DNA of 49,741 nt from assembly GCA_036759185.1 (NCBI GenBank), contig DAIOVD010000006.1, positions 1 to 49,741 of the forward strand. The letters are read 5' to 3'. Shown piece after piece: positions 36,689 through 45,074 of the stretch (position 1 is its first letter; each line of letters begins with the position of its first letter). The notes beneath the pieces were generated by a model. It saw only the letters and a program-made list of their open reading frames with translations, was not told the DNA's origin and ran no database searches. A program made the position numbers and the translations under genes. This DNA comes from Catalimonadaceae bacterium (GTDB lineage: Bacteria > Bacteroidota > Bacteroidia > Cytophagales > Flexibacteraceae).

Positions 36689-38171
36689 TTCCGGAAAAAT
36701 ACCCGGCTGGCTTTGGATTTTATGGGCAATGGCTCTGGTGTACCACCTGCTGACCATTGATATCTCCCCTATGCCATGGTTTGATGAAACTTATTTCGCC
36801 AGCATGACCCTTCACTTCCAGAAAACAGGTGAGTTCATGCCGCAAATCGGACCGATGCTGGAGTATTTTTATCCTCAATCCAAAGCATATGGACCTGCAT
36901 ACTTTCTGGTGATCGCATCCAGTTTTAAATTGTTTGGATTTGGTATGATTCAAATGAGGATTCCAGCACTGCTCTTTGGATTTGTTTCCTTACCGGTTGT
37001 TTATAAAATTCTTGAAGTGAGCAACATAAGGGCAAGCTTCCGTAATTTTGTTTTCGTCCTTGCTTTGTTCGATCCGATTTTTCTCCAGAACATTCACTCT
37101 GGCCGCATGGATTCAATGGCCTTGTTTTTTGTTTTTGGGGGCATTTATTTTTTGTTGAAAGGCTTTCGGCAGGATTCAGTTTTATGGTACTTTGGTTGCG
37201 GCGTTTCCTTTGGAATCGCTTTACTCACCACTCCCCGGATTGCTGTTTCTTTGATTGGCCCGGTTGCAGCTTTGATCCTTTTCTTTTTTTCAAAACCGAC
37301 AACCAAACAATTTTTCCTGTCCTTTTCAGTTGCCCTTTTGATTGCGGGCCTTTATTCGATCTGGGTTTTCTGGGGTTTTGGAGGATACAATGAGGCCTAT
37401 CATTACTTCTTTGGTAAGCCAAAAGAGGTGTTGTATTTCAAAAGTCTGGCCGACGGATATATTTCCTATAAGAAGTATATTCCGGTTTTCCAGATCCCCG
37501 TTCTTCTCTTTCTCGGTATCTTTATAAGCCTGATTATCTACTACAGACGAGCAATGGTCTGGATATTCTGGATTTCCATGTTCAACCTTGCAGCATTTTA
37601 CACCCTGGTGAACGATACTGGTATTTACTCCATTTTTTCCATGCCCTGGGTGTACATATGTCTCGCCTGTATTGGCCAGAGCTTTACAACTTTTTTGTTT
37701 CAGGAACGGTTGTTGCAAATCGGACTCATCTGTCTGATGGTATTAAATATTTCGATTTTCACGTTGAAGAACACCGTTATCTGGCTTTTTGCTGCCTCCA
37801 GAAATACTGAGATTGTGCAGAAGCAAATTTCCCGGATGATCCCGAAAGGAAGCAAAGTCATAGGAGACGAAGCGTATTACTATTTTGTGATGAAAGCTGG
37901 TTCTGATTTTCAGTATCTGGATCGTGGAGCATCAACTCCGCAACGAATCGATTATCATAAAAACCAGTATAAGTATGAATACATCATCGTCAGAAACCCT
38001 CCGGCAAACCCTTTTGAACTGGAATGGTATTTTAAATCTCAGCCTCACCAGGAACTGGGGATGATAAATGTTCCCAGATCCGGTCATCTTGCCCAGAACC
38101 TGAGCAGTTTGCTCTCGAAAATTAAAATTGAAGTTCCGAAGGGATACGAAGGCAAAATTTATAAAAGGTGA
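36678..38171 (+). CDS. GT-C fold membrane glycosyltransferase (ArnT/PMT, GT39/GT83-like)
   Basis: Overlaps the GT2 stop by 11 nt. The first-loop acidic motif ISPMPWFDETYFASM is followed by about 11 TM segments and a C-terminal soluble domain. Confidence 0.7.
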   Translation: MNADSGKIPGWLWILWAMALVYHLLTIDISPMPWFDETYFASMTLHFQKTGEFMPQIGPMLEYFYPQSKAYGPAYFLVIASSFKLFGFGMIQMRIPALLFGFVSLPVVYKILEVSNIRASFRNFVFVLALFDPIFLQNIHSGRMDSMALFFVFGGIYFLLKGFRQDSVLWYFGCGVSFGIALLTTPRIAVSLIGPVAALILFFFSKPTTKQFFLSFSVALLIAGLYSIWVFWGFGGYNEAYHYFFGKPKEVLYFKSLADGYISYKKYIPVFQIPVLLFLGIFISLIIYYRRAMVWIFWISMFNLAAFYTLVNDTGIYSIFSMPWVYICLACIGQSFTTFLFQERLLQIGLICLMVLNISIFTLKNTVIWLFAASRNTEIVQKQISRMIPKGSKVIGDEAYYYFVMKAGSDFQYLDRGASTPQRIDYHKNQYKYEYIIVRNPPANPFELEWYFKSQPHQELGMINVPRSGHLAQNLSSLLSKIKIEVPKGYEGKIYKR

Positions 38172-38893
38172 AAACGATTCTGGCAATCGCAGTTTGTCTG
38201 GTTTTCATGGTTTGTTCCTGGGTTCTTGTGCATTACAAACTCTGGGAAAGGATTTCCATATTTGCCACCCAACCCGTGTTTGGTAAGAACTGGAAAAACG
38301 AGGTGGATAAACAGAAGACTTTGTACTATGGAACGGCGGCAGATCTCATTTTTCTGGGAGATTCCCATATGGAACAGTGCGAATGGCAGGAAGTCTTTTC
38401 CGGGCTGAGAACAACCAATCGTGGAATCGGGGGCGAATCAACAGAAGGTCTCCATGCCCGTATTTCAGTACTTCCACCCGGTGACTCCACAAAAGTTCTG
38501 TTTCTCCAGATTGGTATTAATGATCTGCTGGGAGGACGAAAGCCTGCGGATGTGTTGAGTTCGTACAAAAATATCCTCGATCAAATAGCTGTCAGACGTT
38601 ACACGGTGGTTCCAACCCTTGTATTCTATGTCCGCTACATTCCGGAAATAAACCCACTTGTGACTGAACTGAACCAATTGATTCAGGCTGAATTGTTGCA
38701 GCGGAAAATACCGTTCATTGATCTGAACTCCATCATAGCCGAAAATGAAACATTGTTACGTCCTTATTCTGCTGACGGAGTTCACTTATCCGCTGCCGGC
38801 TACCAGAAATGGATTGAAAAAATGAATGCGTTTATTCCGAAGAATGGGCCGGTTTCCGGTTACCCGTCAGAAAAGAATAGAACAAAGGAGTGA
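38168..38893 (+). CDS. SGNH/GDSL-family hydrolase
   Basis: The GTG start overlaps the upstream stop (GTGA). Block I FLGDSH, block III GINDL and block V DGVHLS are all present. Confidence 0.8.
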   Translation: MKTILAIAVCLVFMVCSWVLVHYKLWERISIFATQPVFGKNWKNEVDKQKTLYYGTAADLIFLGDSHMEQCEWQEVFSGLRTTNRGIGGESTEGLHARISVLPPGDSTKVLFLQIGINDLLGGRKPADVLSSYKNILDQIAVRRYTVVPTLVFYVRYIPEINPLVTELNQLIQAELLQRKIPFIDLNSIIAENETLLRPYSADGVHLSAAGYQKWIEKMNAFIPKNGPVSGYPSEKNRTKE

Positions 38894-39956
38894 ACCGGAA
38901 CAGCATTCTGGATAACAGCAAGCCAAAACCAAAGCCGAGAACAGGCGCCAGAAGAAATGTAAGCAGAAGTGTTGTGTCGTTGCTTGCCCCAATCCGGACC
39001 AGAATTTTCTTTGCGATGGTCAGGCAAGGTTCATGGAAAAGAAAAATCCCGAAAGAATAGTTCGAATATTCCTTAATCCAGGAGGATCTTGCGATTATAG
39101 GTTCCATTTCATCATACAGAAACCAGAACAGGACAAACCCAAGTGAAGTGAATCCAATCAGATGATAGTGGACAGCATAGTGATCGAACAATTCAGGTAC
39201 AATGTTGATCCAGGTCCGGTATCCAACCCAAAAAGTCCAGACTGCCAGCAAAAGGAAGAATGTTTTTGAGGGCATACGATACAGCAGATTCATCTGGCTG
39301 GTTGCAGCAAAAACGCCAATACTGAAGAACAGAAGGCCTTCGACCTCAATTTTGGTCACACCAATCTGTTGCTGCAGCCCAAAACTTGACCAGAAATACA
39401 AAAGAGCCAGAATAAAAATGAGCTTCAGGTATTTGGCCAGAAAATAGATGACCGGATACAACAGGAAATAGATACACAGGAATCGGAGAAACCATAGTTG
39501 GTATGGCACCGGCGAAACCAGCCATATCCAGATCCATTTGCTAAAAGTGGTGCTCCCGAGGCTGAAATTGTTAAAAAACGGACGGGAAAAAGGGATGATT
39601 TGCAGAATGATGACAGTGGCAATACCCAGAGCACTCACTGAAAGGTAAGGTACCATCAAAGAAGAAAACCTCTTTCTCAGTATTTTTCCGTAAATCCTGG
39701 TATTGAATTCTCCTTTCAGGCTTTGAGTGGCCAGATAACCGGAAATAGCAAAAAACATCGGCACCGCCACACGGCAAATGCCATCGGAAACGAATCCTTC
39801 CACGAACTGAAGCCACAGAGCCGGACTGAACTGCTCTCCATCGCTGAATTTCAGATTCACATTGTAGCCATGGATAAAGGCCACCAGAATCATGAGAAGA
39901 AAAGAAAGATTACGAAGCTTGTTGCTAAGATAGGCATTCATACAACAGGCCCGCAA
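38832..39956 (-). CDS. Acyltransferase-3 family membrane O-acyltransferase
   Basis: Ten-TM pattern with an N-terminus ...LRNLSFLLMILVAFIHGYN typical of the Acyl_transf_3 family. Its 3' end overlaps the SGNH gene by 62 nt. Confidence 0.75.
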   Translation of the reverse strand: MRACCMNAYLSNKLRNLSFLLMILVAFIHGYNVNLKFSDGEQFSPALWLQFVEGFVSDGICRVAVPMFFAISGYLATQSLKGEFNTRIYGKILRKRFSSLMVPYLSVSALGIATVIILQIIPFSRPFFNNFSLGSTTFSKWIWIWLVSPVPYQLWFLRFLCIYFLLYPVIYFLAKYLKLIFILALLYFWSSFGLQQQIGVTKIEVEGLLFFSIGVFAATSQMNLLYRMPSKTFFLLLAVWTFWVGYRTWINIVPELFDHYAVHYHLIGFTSLGFVLFWFLYDEMEPIIARSSWIKEYSNYSFGIFLFHEPCLTIAKKILVRIGASNDTTLLLTFLLAPVLGFGFGLLLSRMLFRFTPLFYSFLTGNRKPAHSSE

Positions 39957-40064
39957 TTAGGCCCGATCGTGGCAAATACTCAAGGAATAATTCAGGAATT
40001 AAGTAATTTTAATGGGGTACCATTGGAAGCTGTGTGATTTTCGGCCACAATCCAAGGCCACCCA

Positions 40065-41510
40065 TCAATTCTTCTTTGTTTCAATTTCTTTTAGAACCTC
40101 TCTCACCCAGGGTTGCCATGCTTTGCTCTTGGAATGGAGGATTATGTCCGGCTGAATTCCGACTCCGTCAATAGGTTGAAACGGCAGCCGGTTGCTGATT
40201 CCGATCGGGTGGTACAAAATCAGACTGGAACAGGGAAGGTTTACATCGACTGTTTCTTCAAAATCGGCCACACCACCTGTCCGTTCACCCGCCACTATAA
40301 TTCGCTTCCCGGGTTTTAATGCCAGAATGAAATCTTCTGTGCTGCTTTTACAAACACCGTTTACCAGCAAAACGATTTTTTCAGGAAAGGGGTGCTTCGA
40401 TTCGGGAACTAAAGTATCGTTGGGGATAGACCAGGTTCCGCCGGTATGGGATGCCATTTCTCTGGCCATTTCCAGATATTCCGGATCGATCTGACCTTTC
40501 ATCGATTCAATCTGTTTGGTATAGGCTGCTACATTGAACGGTGTGCACATATAGGTGGTGCCATAAATTACCGCTTTTTCATCCAAAAGAATTGGCCAGA
40601 ATGATTCGAATGCGGTGAGGTCGCCGCCTTCGTTGTCCCTCAGATCCAGAATCAGTGTTTTCGTGGACAGAATCTGTTTCCGGTATTCACGCACCAGACT
40701 GTCGATCAGTGGCTTTACACCGGCCGTGATGTTTTGCAACTGCACATAAAAAACCTCGTCATTCCATGGTCGGAATTCCTGGGTCCATTTGTACCGGGCC
40801 GAAACATAGGCTTCCACCGATTCCGGATGCTCATCAGCCGGATAAGTCCGGTTCCAGACAGTGGTCTTTTTTATTTCAAGGATGTTTTTGCGGTGCACAA
40901 ACTTTGGGTGTTCCGGTTTATGGTCGGAAGCATAAAACGTGCAGACCATTTTCCCTTTTTCATCTGGGAAAAACTCCATTTTTACTTCACCCGGTTTCCA
41001 GTTGTTGTTGATGGTTTCAATCAGAAATGCTCTGTATCCTCTGCCATCAGGTGTTTTGCAGATCAACGCCTTATAGAAGGATTCATACCCTTCCCAGATG
41101 CCGGTCATGGAGTCTTTCACCGGGAGACTGTCGATGTAGTGTTTTGCAACTTCTTCTGTGAGTCCTTCCCAGACCGGCGTATTCTGGTTCCGTATCTGTT
41201 TGGGCTTAAATACATCACCCGAATAGGACACACCGAGATGGCCGTCTGAAAACCAGGTCAGAAACGAATTGATCACCTTCTGGCATTCTTTCGAAAGGAT
41301 GGTACGATCGGCTTCATCCCGGGACTTTTGAAGGAAAGCCTCAAACTCTTTGCTGTCTGTGTTTTTAAGCGGATATCCCGGATAATTGACCCGGATGTGC
41401 CGCAGGACGGAATCCAGGTTCGCCCGGCAGTGACAAGGAATGTTTTCTGCAACAGCATTCGAGGCTGACAGAAAAAACAGAAGTACACAAAACCGGAACG
41501 GGTTCATCAT
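40065..41510 (-). CDS. S41-family peptidase
   Basis: Signal peptide; LILDLRDNEGGD and ...VNGVCKSSTEDF... match the S41 catalytic domain signatures. Confidence 0.75.
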   Translation of the reverse strand: MMNPFRFCVLLFFLSASNAVAENIPCHCRANLDSVLRHIRVNYPGYPLKNTDSKEFEAFLQKSRDEADRTILSKECQKVINSFLTWFSDGHLGVSYSGDVFKPKQIRNQNTPVWEGLTEEVAKHYIDSLPVKDSMTGIWEGYESFYKALICKTPDGRGYRAFLIETINNNWKPGEVKMEFFPDEKGKMVCTFYASDHKPEHPKFVHRKNILEIKKTTVWNRTYPADEHPESVEAYVSARYKWTQEFRPWNDEVFYVQLQNITAGVKPLIDSLVREYRKQILSTKTLILDLRDNEGGDLTAFESFWPILLDEKAVIYGTTYMCTPFNVAAYTKQIESMKGQIDPEYLEMAREMASHTGGTWSIPNDTLVPESKHPFPEKIVLLVNGVCKSSTEDFILALKPGKRIIVAGERTGGVADFEETVDVNLPCSSLILYHPIGISNRLPFQPIDGVGIQPDIILHSKSKAWQPWVREVLKEIETKKN

Positions 41511-41533
41511 GTGAAGATCATCTGAAAAAAGAC

Positions 41534-41567
41534 AAAAAAAAAGAGGCCATACAACGGTATGACCTCT
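41534..41567 (-). terminator. Intrinsic terminator after rpsT
   Basis: Minus strand: GAGGTCATAC-cgtt-GTATGGCCTC followed by a T9 run. Confidence 0.8.
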
Positions 41568-41589
41568 CCGGTTATTTTGGTAGTTTGTC

Positions 41590-41847
41590 TTAAGCTGCCA
41601 GATGATTCACAAATTTCGCAAGACGAGACTTGTGGCCAGCTGCTTTGTTTTTGTGAATGATGTTTCTCTTCGCCAGTTTGTCGAAAAGAGAAGCGCATTT
41701 TTTCAAAAGTTCTACTGCCTCAGATTTAGAGTTAGTCTTCCGAAGTTTCTTTTCGAAAGTACGTGCGGTGGTAAGCTGGTATTTGTTACGTAACCTCTTA
41801 ACCTTATCGGCACGAATTTTCTTGAGGGCGGACTTATGATTTGCCAT
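41590..41847 (-). CDS. rpsT: 30S ribosomal protein S20
   Basis: MANHKSALKKIRADKVKRLRNKYQ..., 85 aa and basic. Confidence 0.95.
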   Translation of the reverse strand: MANHKSALKKIRADKVKRLRNKYQLTTARTFEKKLRKTNSKSEAVELLKKCASLFDKLAKRNIIHKNKAAGHKSRLAKFVNHLAA

Positions 41848-41875
41848 TGATAATCTTTACTTTATAATAAATCTG

Positions 41876-41960
41876 CAGAGAGAGAGGGATTCGAACCCCC
41901 GGACCTTTAACAGTCAACGGTTTTCAAGACCGCCGCAATCGACCACTCTGCCATCTCTCT
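41876..41960 (-). tRNA. tRNA-Ser (anticodon UGA), 85 nt, long variable arm, no encoded CCA
   Basis: Hand fold: acceptor AGAGAGA/TCTCTCT, D-arm GCA...TGC, anticodon loop CTTGAAA, long variable arm, T-arm GGGGG-TTCGAAT-CCCTC, discriminator G. Confidence 0.85.
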
Positions 41961-42003
41961 ATGGGGGTGCAAAAGTAAACTTTGATTTTTTTTCTGCCAA
42001 ATG

Positions 42004-42423
42004 TTATTCAAGAGTTTTTTCAAAAAATCTTTGAATCGCCTCTTTTATGTACTCCGGAAACGACACAACCTTCTTTGTTTCAGCGGAAATAAAAACCAGA
42101 ACAGTGTGGCCGATGTGGATCAAAGTGCCCTCCTGATTGCGTATTTCATATTCAAACCGGATTCGTGTGCCCGGAATTTCCTTAATCATCACCCGAAGTG
42201 AAAGAAGATCATCGTAGAATGCCGGCCTCAGATATTTCGAAAAATTCTCCAGAACCGGCATCATAATGCCCTGTTCTTCGAGGTTTTTGTACGAAATTCC
42301 CAGACTTCGGAGCGCTTCCACCCGGCCGATTTCGAAATACCGGGCGTAATTTCCATAATACACATAACCCATCTGGTCGGTGTCGGCATACCGGACACGA
42401 ATCTGTGTGGTGAAATCAAACAT
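42004..42423 (-). CDS. YbgC/4HBT-family acyl-CoA thioesterase
   Basis: N-terminus ...IRVRYADTDQMGYVYYGNYARYFEIGRVEALRSLG is diagnostic of hot-dog fold thioesterases. Confidence 0.85.
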   Translation of the reverse strand: MFDFTTQIRVRYADTDQMGYVYYGNYARYFEIGRVEALRSLGISYKNLEEQGIMMPVLENFSKYLRPAFYDDLLSLRVMIKEIPGTRIRFEYEIRNQEGTLIHIGHTVLVFISAETKKVVSFPEYIKEAIQRFFEKTLE

Positions 42424-42435
42424 TCCTTCCTTCAG

Positions 42436-43500
42436 TTAATTGCCTGGCGGCCTTCTGTTCTCGTCTTCTTTTTCATATGCCCGGATGATTTCCTGAACCA
42501 ACTTATGGCGAACCACATCAGTGGAATCCAAATGAATAAAAGCAATGCCTTTGATGGATTTCAGAATGTGATAGGCCTCTGTGAGACCCGATTGCTGATG
42601 TCGGGGTAAATCTACCTGTGTCATATCGCCGGTCACAATCACTTTCGAATTGGGGCCCATCCGGGTAAGAAACATTTTGATCTGGCTGGGGGTAGTGTTC
42701 TGCGCTTCATCCAAAAGAATAAAGGCATTGTTGAGCGTCCGTCCCCGCATGTAAGCCAGTGGTGCGATCTCAATCACCCGGTTTTCCTGGTAAAACTTCA
42801 TCTTTTCAGGAGGAAGCATATCGTCGAGCGCATCATAAACCGGACGCAGATACGGATCAATTTTCTCTTTCAGATCACCCGGAAGAAAGCCAAGATTTTC
42901 ACCTGCCTCTACAGCCGGACGGGTAATGATGATTTTCTTTACCTCTTTATTCTTCAACGCCCGGACAGCAATCGCAACGGCTGTGTACGTCTTTCCTGTT
43001 CCGGCCGGACCTGTAGCAAAGACCAGGTCATGTTTCAGACAGGCATCCACCATTCGTTTTTGATTGGGTGTTCTGGCCTTGATCGGAAATCCTTTGGCAG
43101 AATAAATGATGACGTCTTCCTGACCTTCCATTTCGGCGGCAATCTGATCGTGCTGAATAAGTGACTTTACTTTTTCTTCCGAGATCTTACCATAATGATT
43201 GTAGTGCTCGAGAAGACTGGTGAGGATGTCCGATATTTTTATGATCTCGGTGCCGGTTCCCCGGATACGGATCTCGTTGCCCCGGCTGATGATTTTGCTT
43301 TCCGGAAATGCCTGGGATATTTCCCTAAGATTCCGGTTTTCTACGCCCAGAAAGTCAACCAATGACACATTTTCCAGGGTGATAATTTTTTCTACCAATA
43401 TGTTGTTTTGGATGGAGTGGATGGATCCGTTTATGGTGCGTAAAAGTAGAGATTTGGAAATTACGGACGAACCCAAAATGTGAATTCTTTTATTCACCAC
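42436..43500 (-). CDS. phoH: PhoH-family ATPase (start uncertain)
   Basis: Walker A GPAGTGKTY and ...ILLDEAQNTT.... The GTG at 43500 lies only 22 nt from the divergent SDR start, so the true start may be further downstream. Confidence 0.85.
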   Translation of the reverse strand: MVNKRIHILGSSVISKSLLLRTINGSIHSIQNNILVEKIITLENVSLVDFLGVENRNLREISQAFPESKIISRGNEIRIRGTGTEIIKISDILTSLLEHYNHYGKISEEKVKSLIQHDQIAAEMEGQEDVIIYSAKGFPIKARTPNQKRMVDACLKHDLVFATGPAGTGKTYTAVAIAVRALKNKEVKKIIITRPAVEAGENLGFLPGDLKEKIDPYLRPVYDALDDMLPPEKMKFYQENRVIEIAPLAYMRGRTLNNAFILLDEAQNTTPSQIKMFLTRMGPNSKVIVTGDMTQVDLPRHQQSGLTEAYHILKSIKGIAFIHLDSTDVVRHKLVQEIIRAYEKEDENRRPPGN

Positions 43501-43522
43501 TTTTGCGATTCAATTTGAATTC

Positions 43523-44281
43523 ATGCAAACAAAAACCGCCCTGATTACAGGGGCCACATCCGGAATCGGCCTGGAGACGGCCCGGATTTTACACGCAAAA
43601 GGTTATGCCATCATTGCCACTGGTCGCCGGCAGGAAAGACTGGATGCTCTTGTGGAGGAGTTCGGTTCTAAGAGGATTTTGACCTGCTGTTTTGATGTTC
43701 GGAACCGGGAAGAACTGCGATCACAGATTCAATCGCTTCCGGAAGAGTGGCAGGCAATTGATGTTCTGATCAACAACGCCGGAAATGCGTATGGAATGGA
43801 GCCTTTTCAGGAAGGAAACTGGGCCGACTGGGAAGCCATGATCGACATCAACATCAAAGGATTGGTGGCTGTGACAGAAGCCGTTTTGCCTCTGATGCTT
43901 GCCCGGAAGTCAGGACACATCGTCAACATCAGTAGTATAGCTGGTGATCAGGCCTATCCGAAAGGGTCACTGTATTGTGCCTCTAAATCAGCGGTTTCGA
44001 TGATTACCGAATGCTTAAGGATTGACCTGAATTCAGAAGGGATTAAAGTAAGTGAAATTAAGCCCGGCATGGTGGAAACCGAATTTTCACTGGTGCGGTT
44101 CAAAGGAGATGAGAACCGGGCGGCCAATGTATATAAGGGTGTGACACCTTTGTCAGGTAAAGACGTAGCCGAGGTGATTGTATATATGGTGGAAGCACCG
44201 AAACATGTGAATATTGCCGAAGTTCTGCTTATGCCACTGGACCAGGCATCGACCACTATTTTCAACCGGAAAACTTTATAA
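43523..44281 (+). CDS. Short-chain dehydrogenase/reductase (SDR)
   Basis: Cofactor motif TGATSGIG, NNAG, and the catalytic Y..ASK (YCASK). Confidence 0.85.
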   Translation: MQTKTALITGATSGIGLETARILHAKGYAIIATGRRQERLDALVEEFGSKRILTCCFDVRNREELRSQIQSLPEEWQAIDVLINNAGNAYGMEPFQEGNWADWEAMIDINIKGLVAVTEAVLPLMLARKSGHIVNISSIAGDQAYPKGSLYCASKSAVSMITECLRIDLNSEGIKVSEIKPGMVETEFSLVRFKGDENRAANVYKGVTPLSGKDVAEVIVYMVEAPKHVNIAEVLLMPLDQASTTIFNRKTL

Positions 44282-44320
44282 GAACGGGCCTGAAATCAAA
44301 CATTCAGAAAAATTAACATC

Positions 44321-45067
44321 ATGAAAAAAGCTGCCGTCATCATTCCAGCCCGATTTGCCAGTACCCGTTTTCCTGGTAAACCTCTGATCAAAATCGGGGG
44401 CATCACTATGATTGAGCGGGTATACATTCAGGCAACCCTTTGCACAGAAGTTTCCCGGATTCTGGTTGCTACAGACAGTGACGAGATTTTTGATACCGTC
44501 CGTTCATTCGGTGGTGATGCGGTGATGACTTCTCCCCTTTGCCAGTCGGGTACAGACAGGTGTGCGGAAGTGATCAGCAGCCGGGAAATCAGTGAGGAAA
44601 TCATTATCAATATTCAGGGGGACGAGCCATTTATTAAGCCGGAACAGATATCCCAACTGATCCGGCTTATGCAACCGGAGCACATCCATATTGGTACACT
44701 GGCGAGACGAATTACAGACCAGGAAACCGTTTTCAATCCCAATGTGGTAAAAGTGGTGAAAGCTTCAACCGGCAAGGCGCTGTATTTCAGTCGAAACCCC
44801 ATCCCGTTTGTACGGGGAGCGGATGCAGAATCCTGGCTTGGGTCTGCTACATTTTTCAAACACATTGGTTTGTACGGATACAAAAAAGACGTACTCACCA
44901 AACTGGCGAAACTTCCAATCGGGCAGCTTGAAAAGGCCGAAAGCCTAGAACAACTGCGTTGGCTGGAGGCAGGATATGAATTGTATGCCGCCGAAACGGA
45001 ATGGGAAAGTCTGGGCATCGACACACCTGCAGACCTCGAAAAAGCCACTCAGTTTCTCCAATCGTAA
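44321..45067 (+). CDS. kdsB: 3-deoxy-manno-octulosonate cytidylyltransferase
   Basis: AAVIIPARFASTRFPGKPL..., IQGDEP, ...LEQLRWLE.... Confidence 0.9.
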   Translation: MKKAAVIIPARFASTRFPGKPLIKIGGITMIERVYIQATLCTEVSRILVATDSDEIFDTVRSFGGDAVMTSPLCQSGTDRCAEVISSREISEEIIINIQGDEPFIKPEQISQLIRLMQPEHIHIGTLARRITDQETVFNPNVVKVVKASTGKALYFSRNPIPFVRGADAESWLGSATFFKHIGLYGYKKDVLTKLAKLPIGQLEKAESLEQLRWLEAGYELYAAETEWESLGIDTPADLEKATQFLQS

Positions 45068-45074
45068 AACCCAC

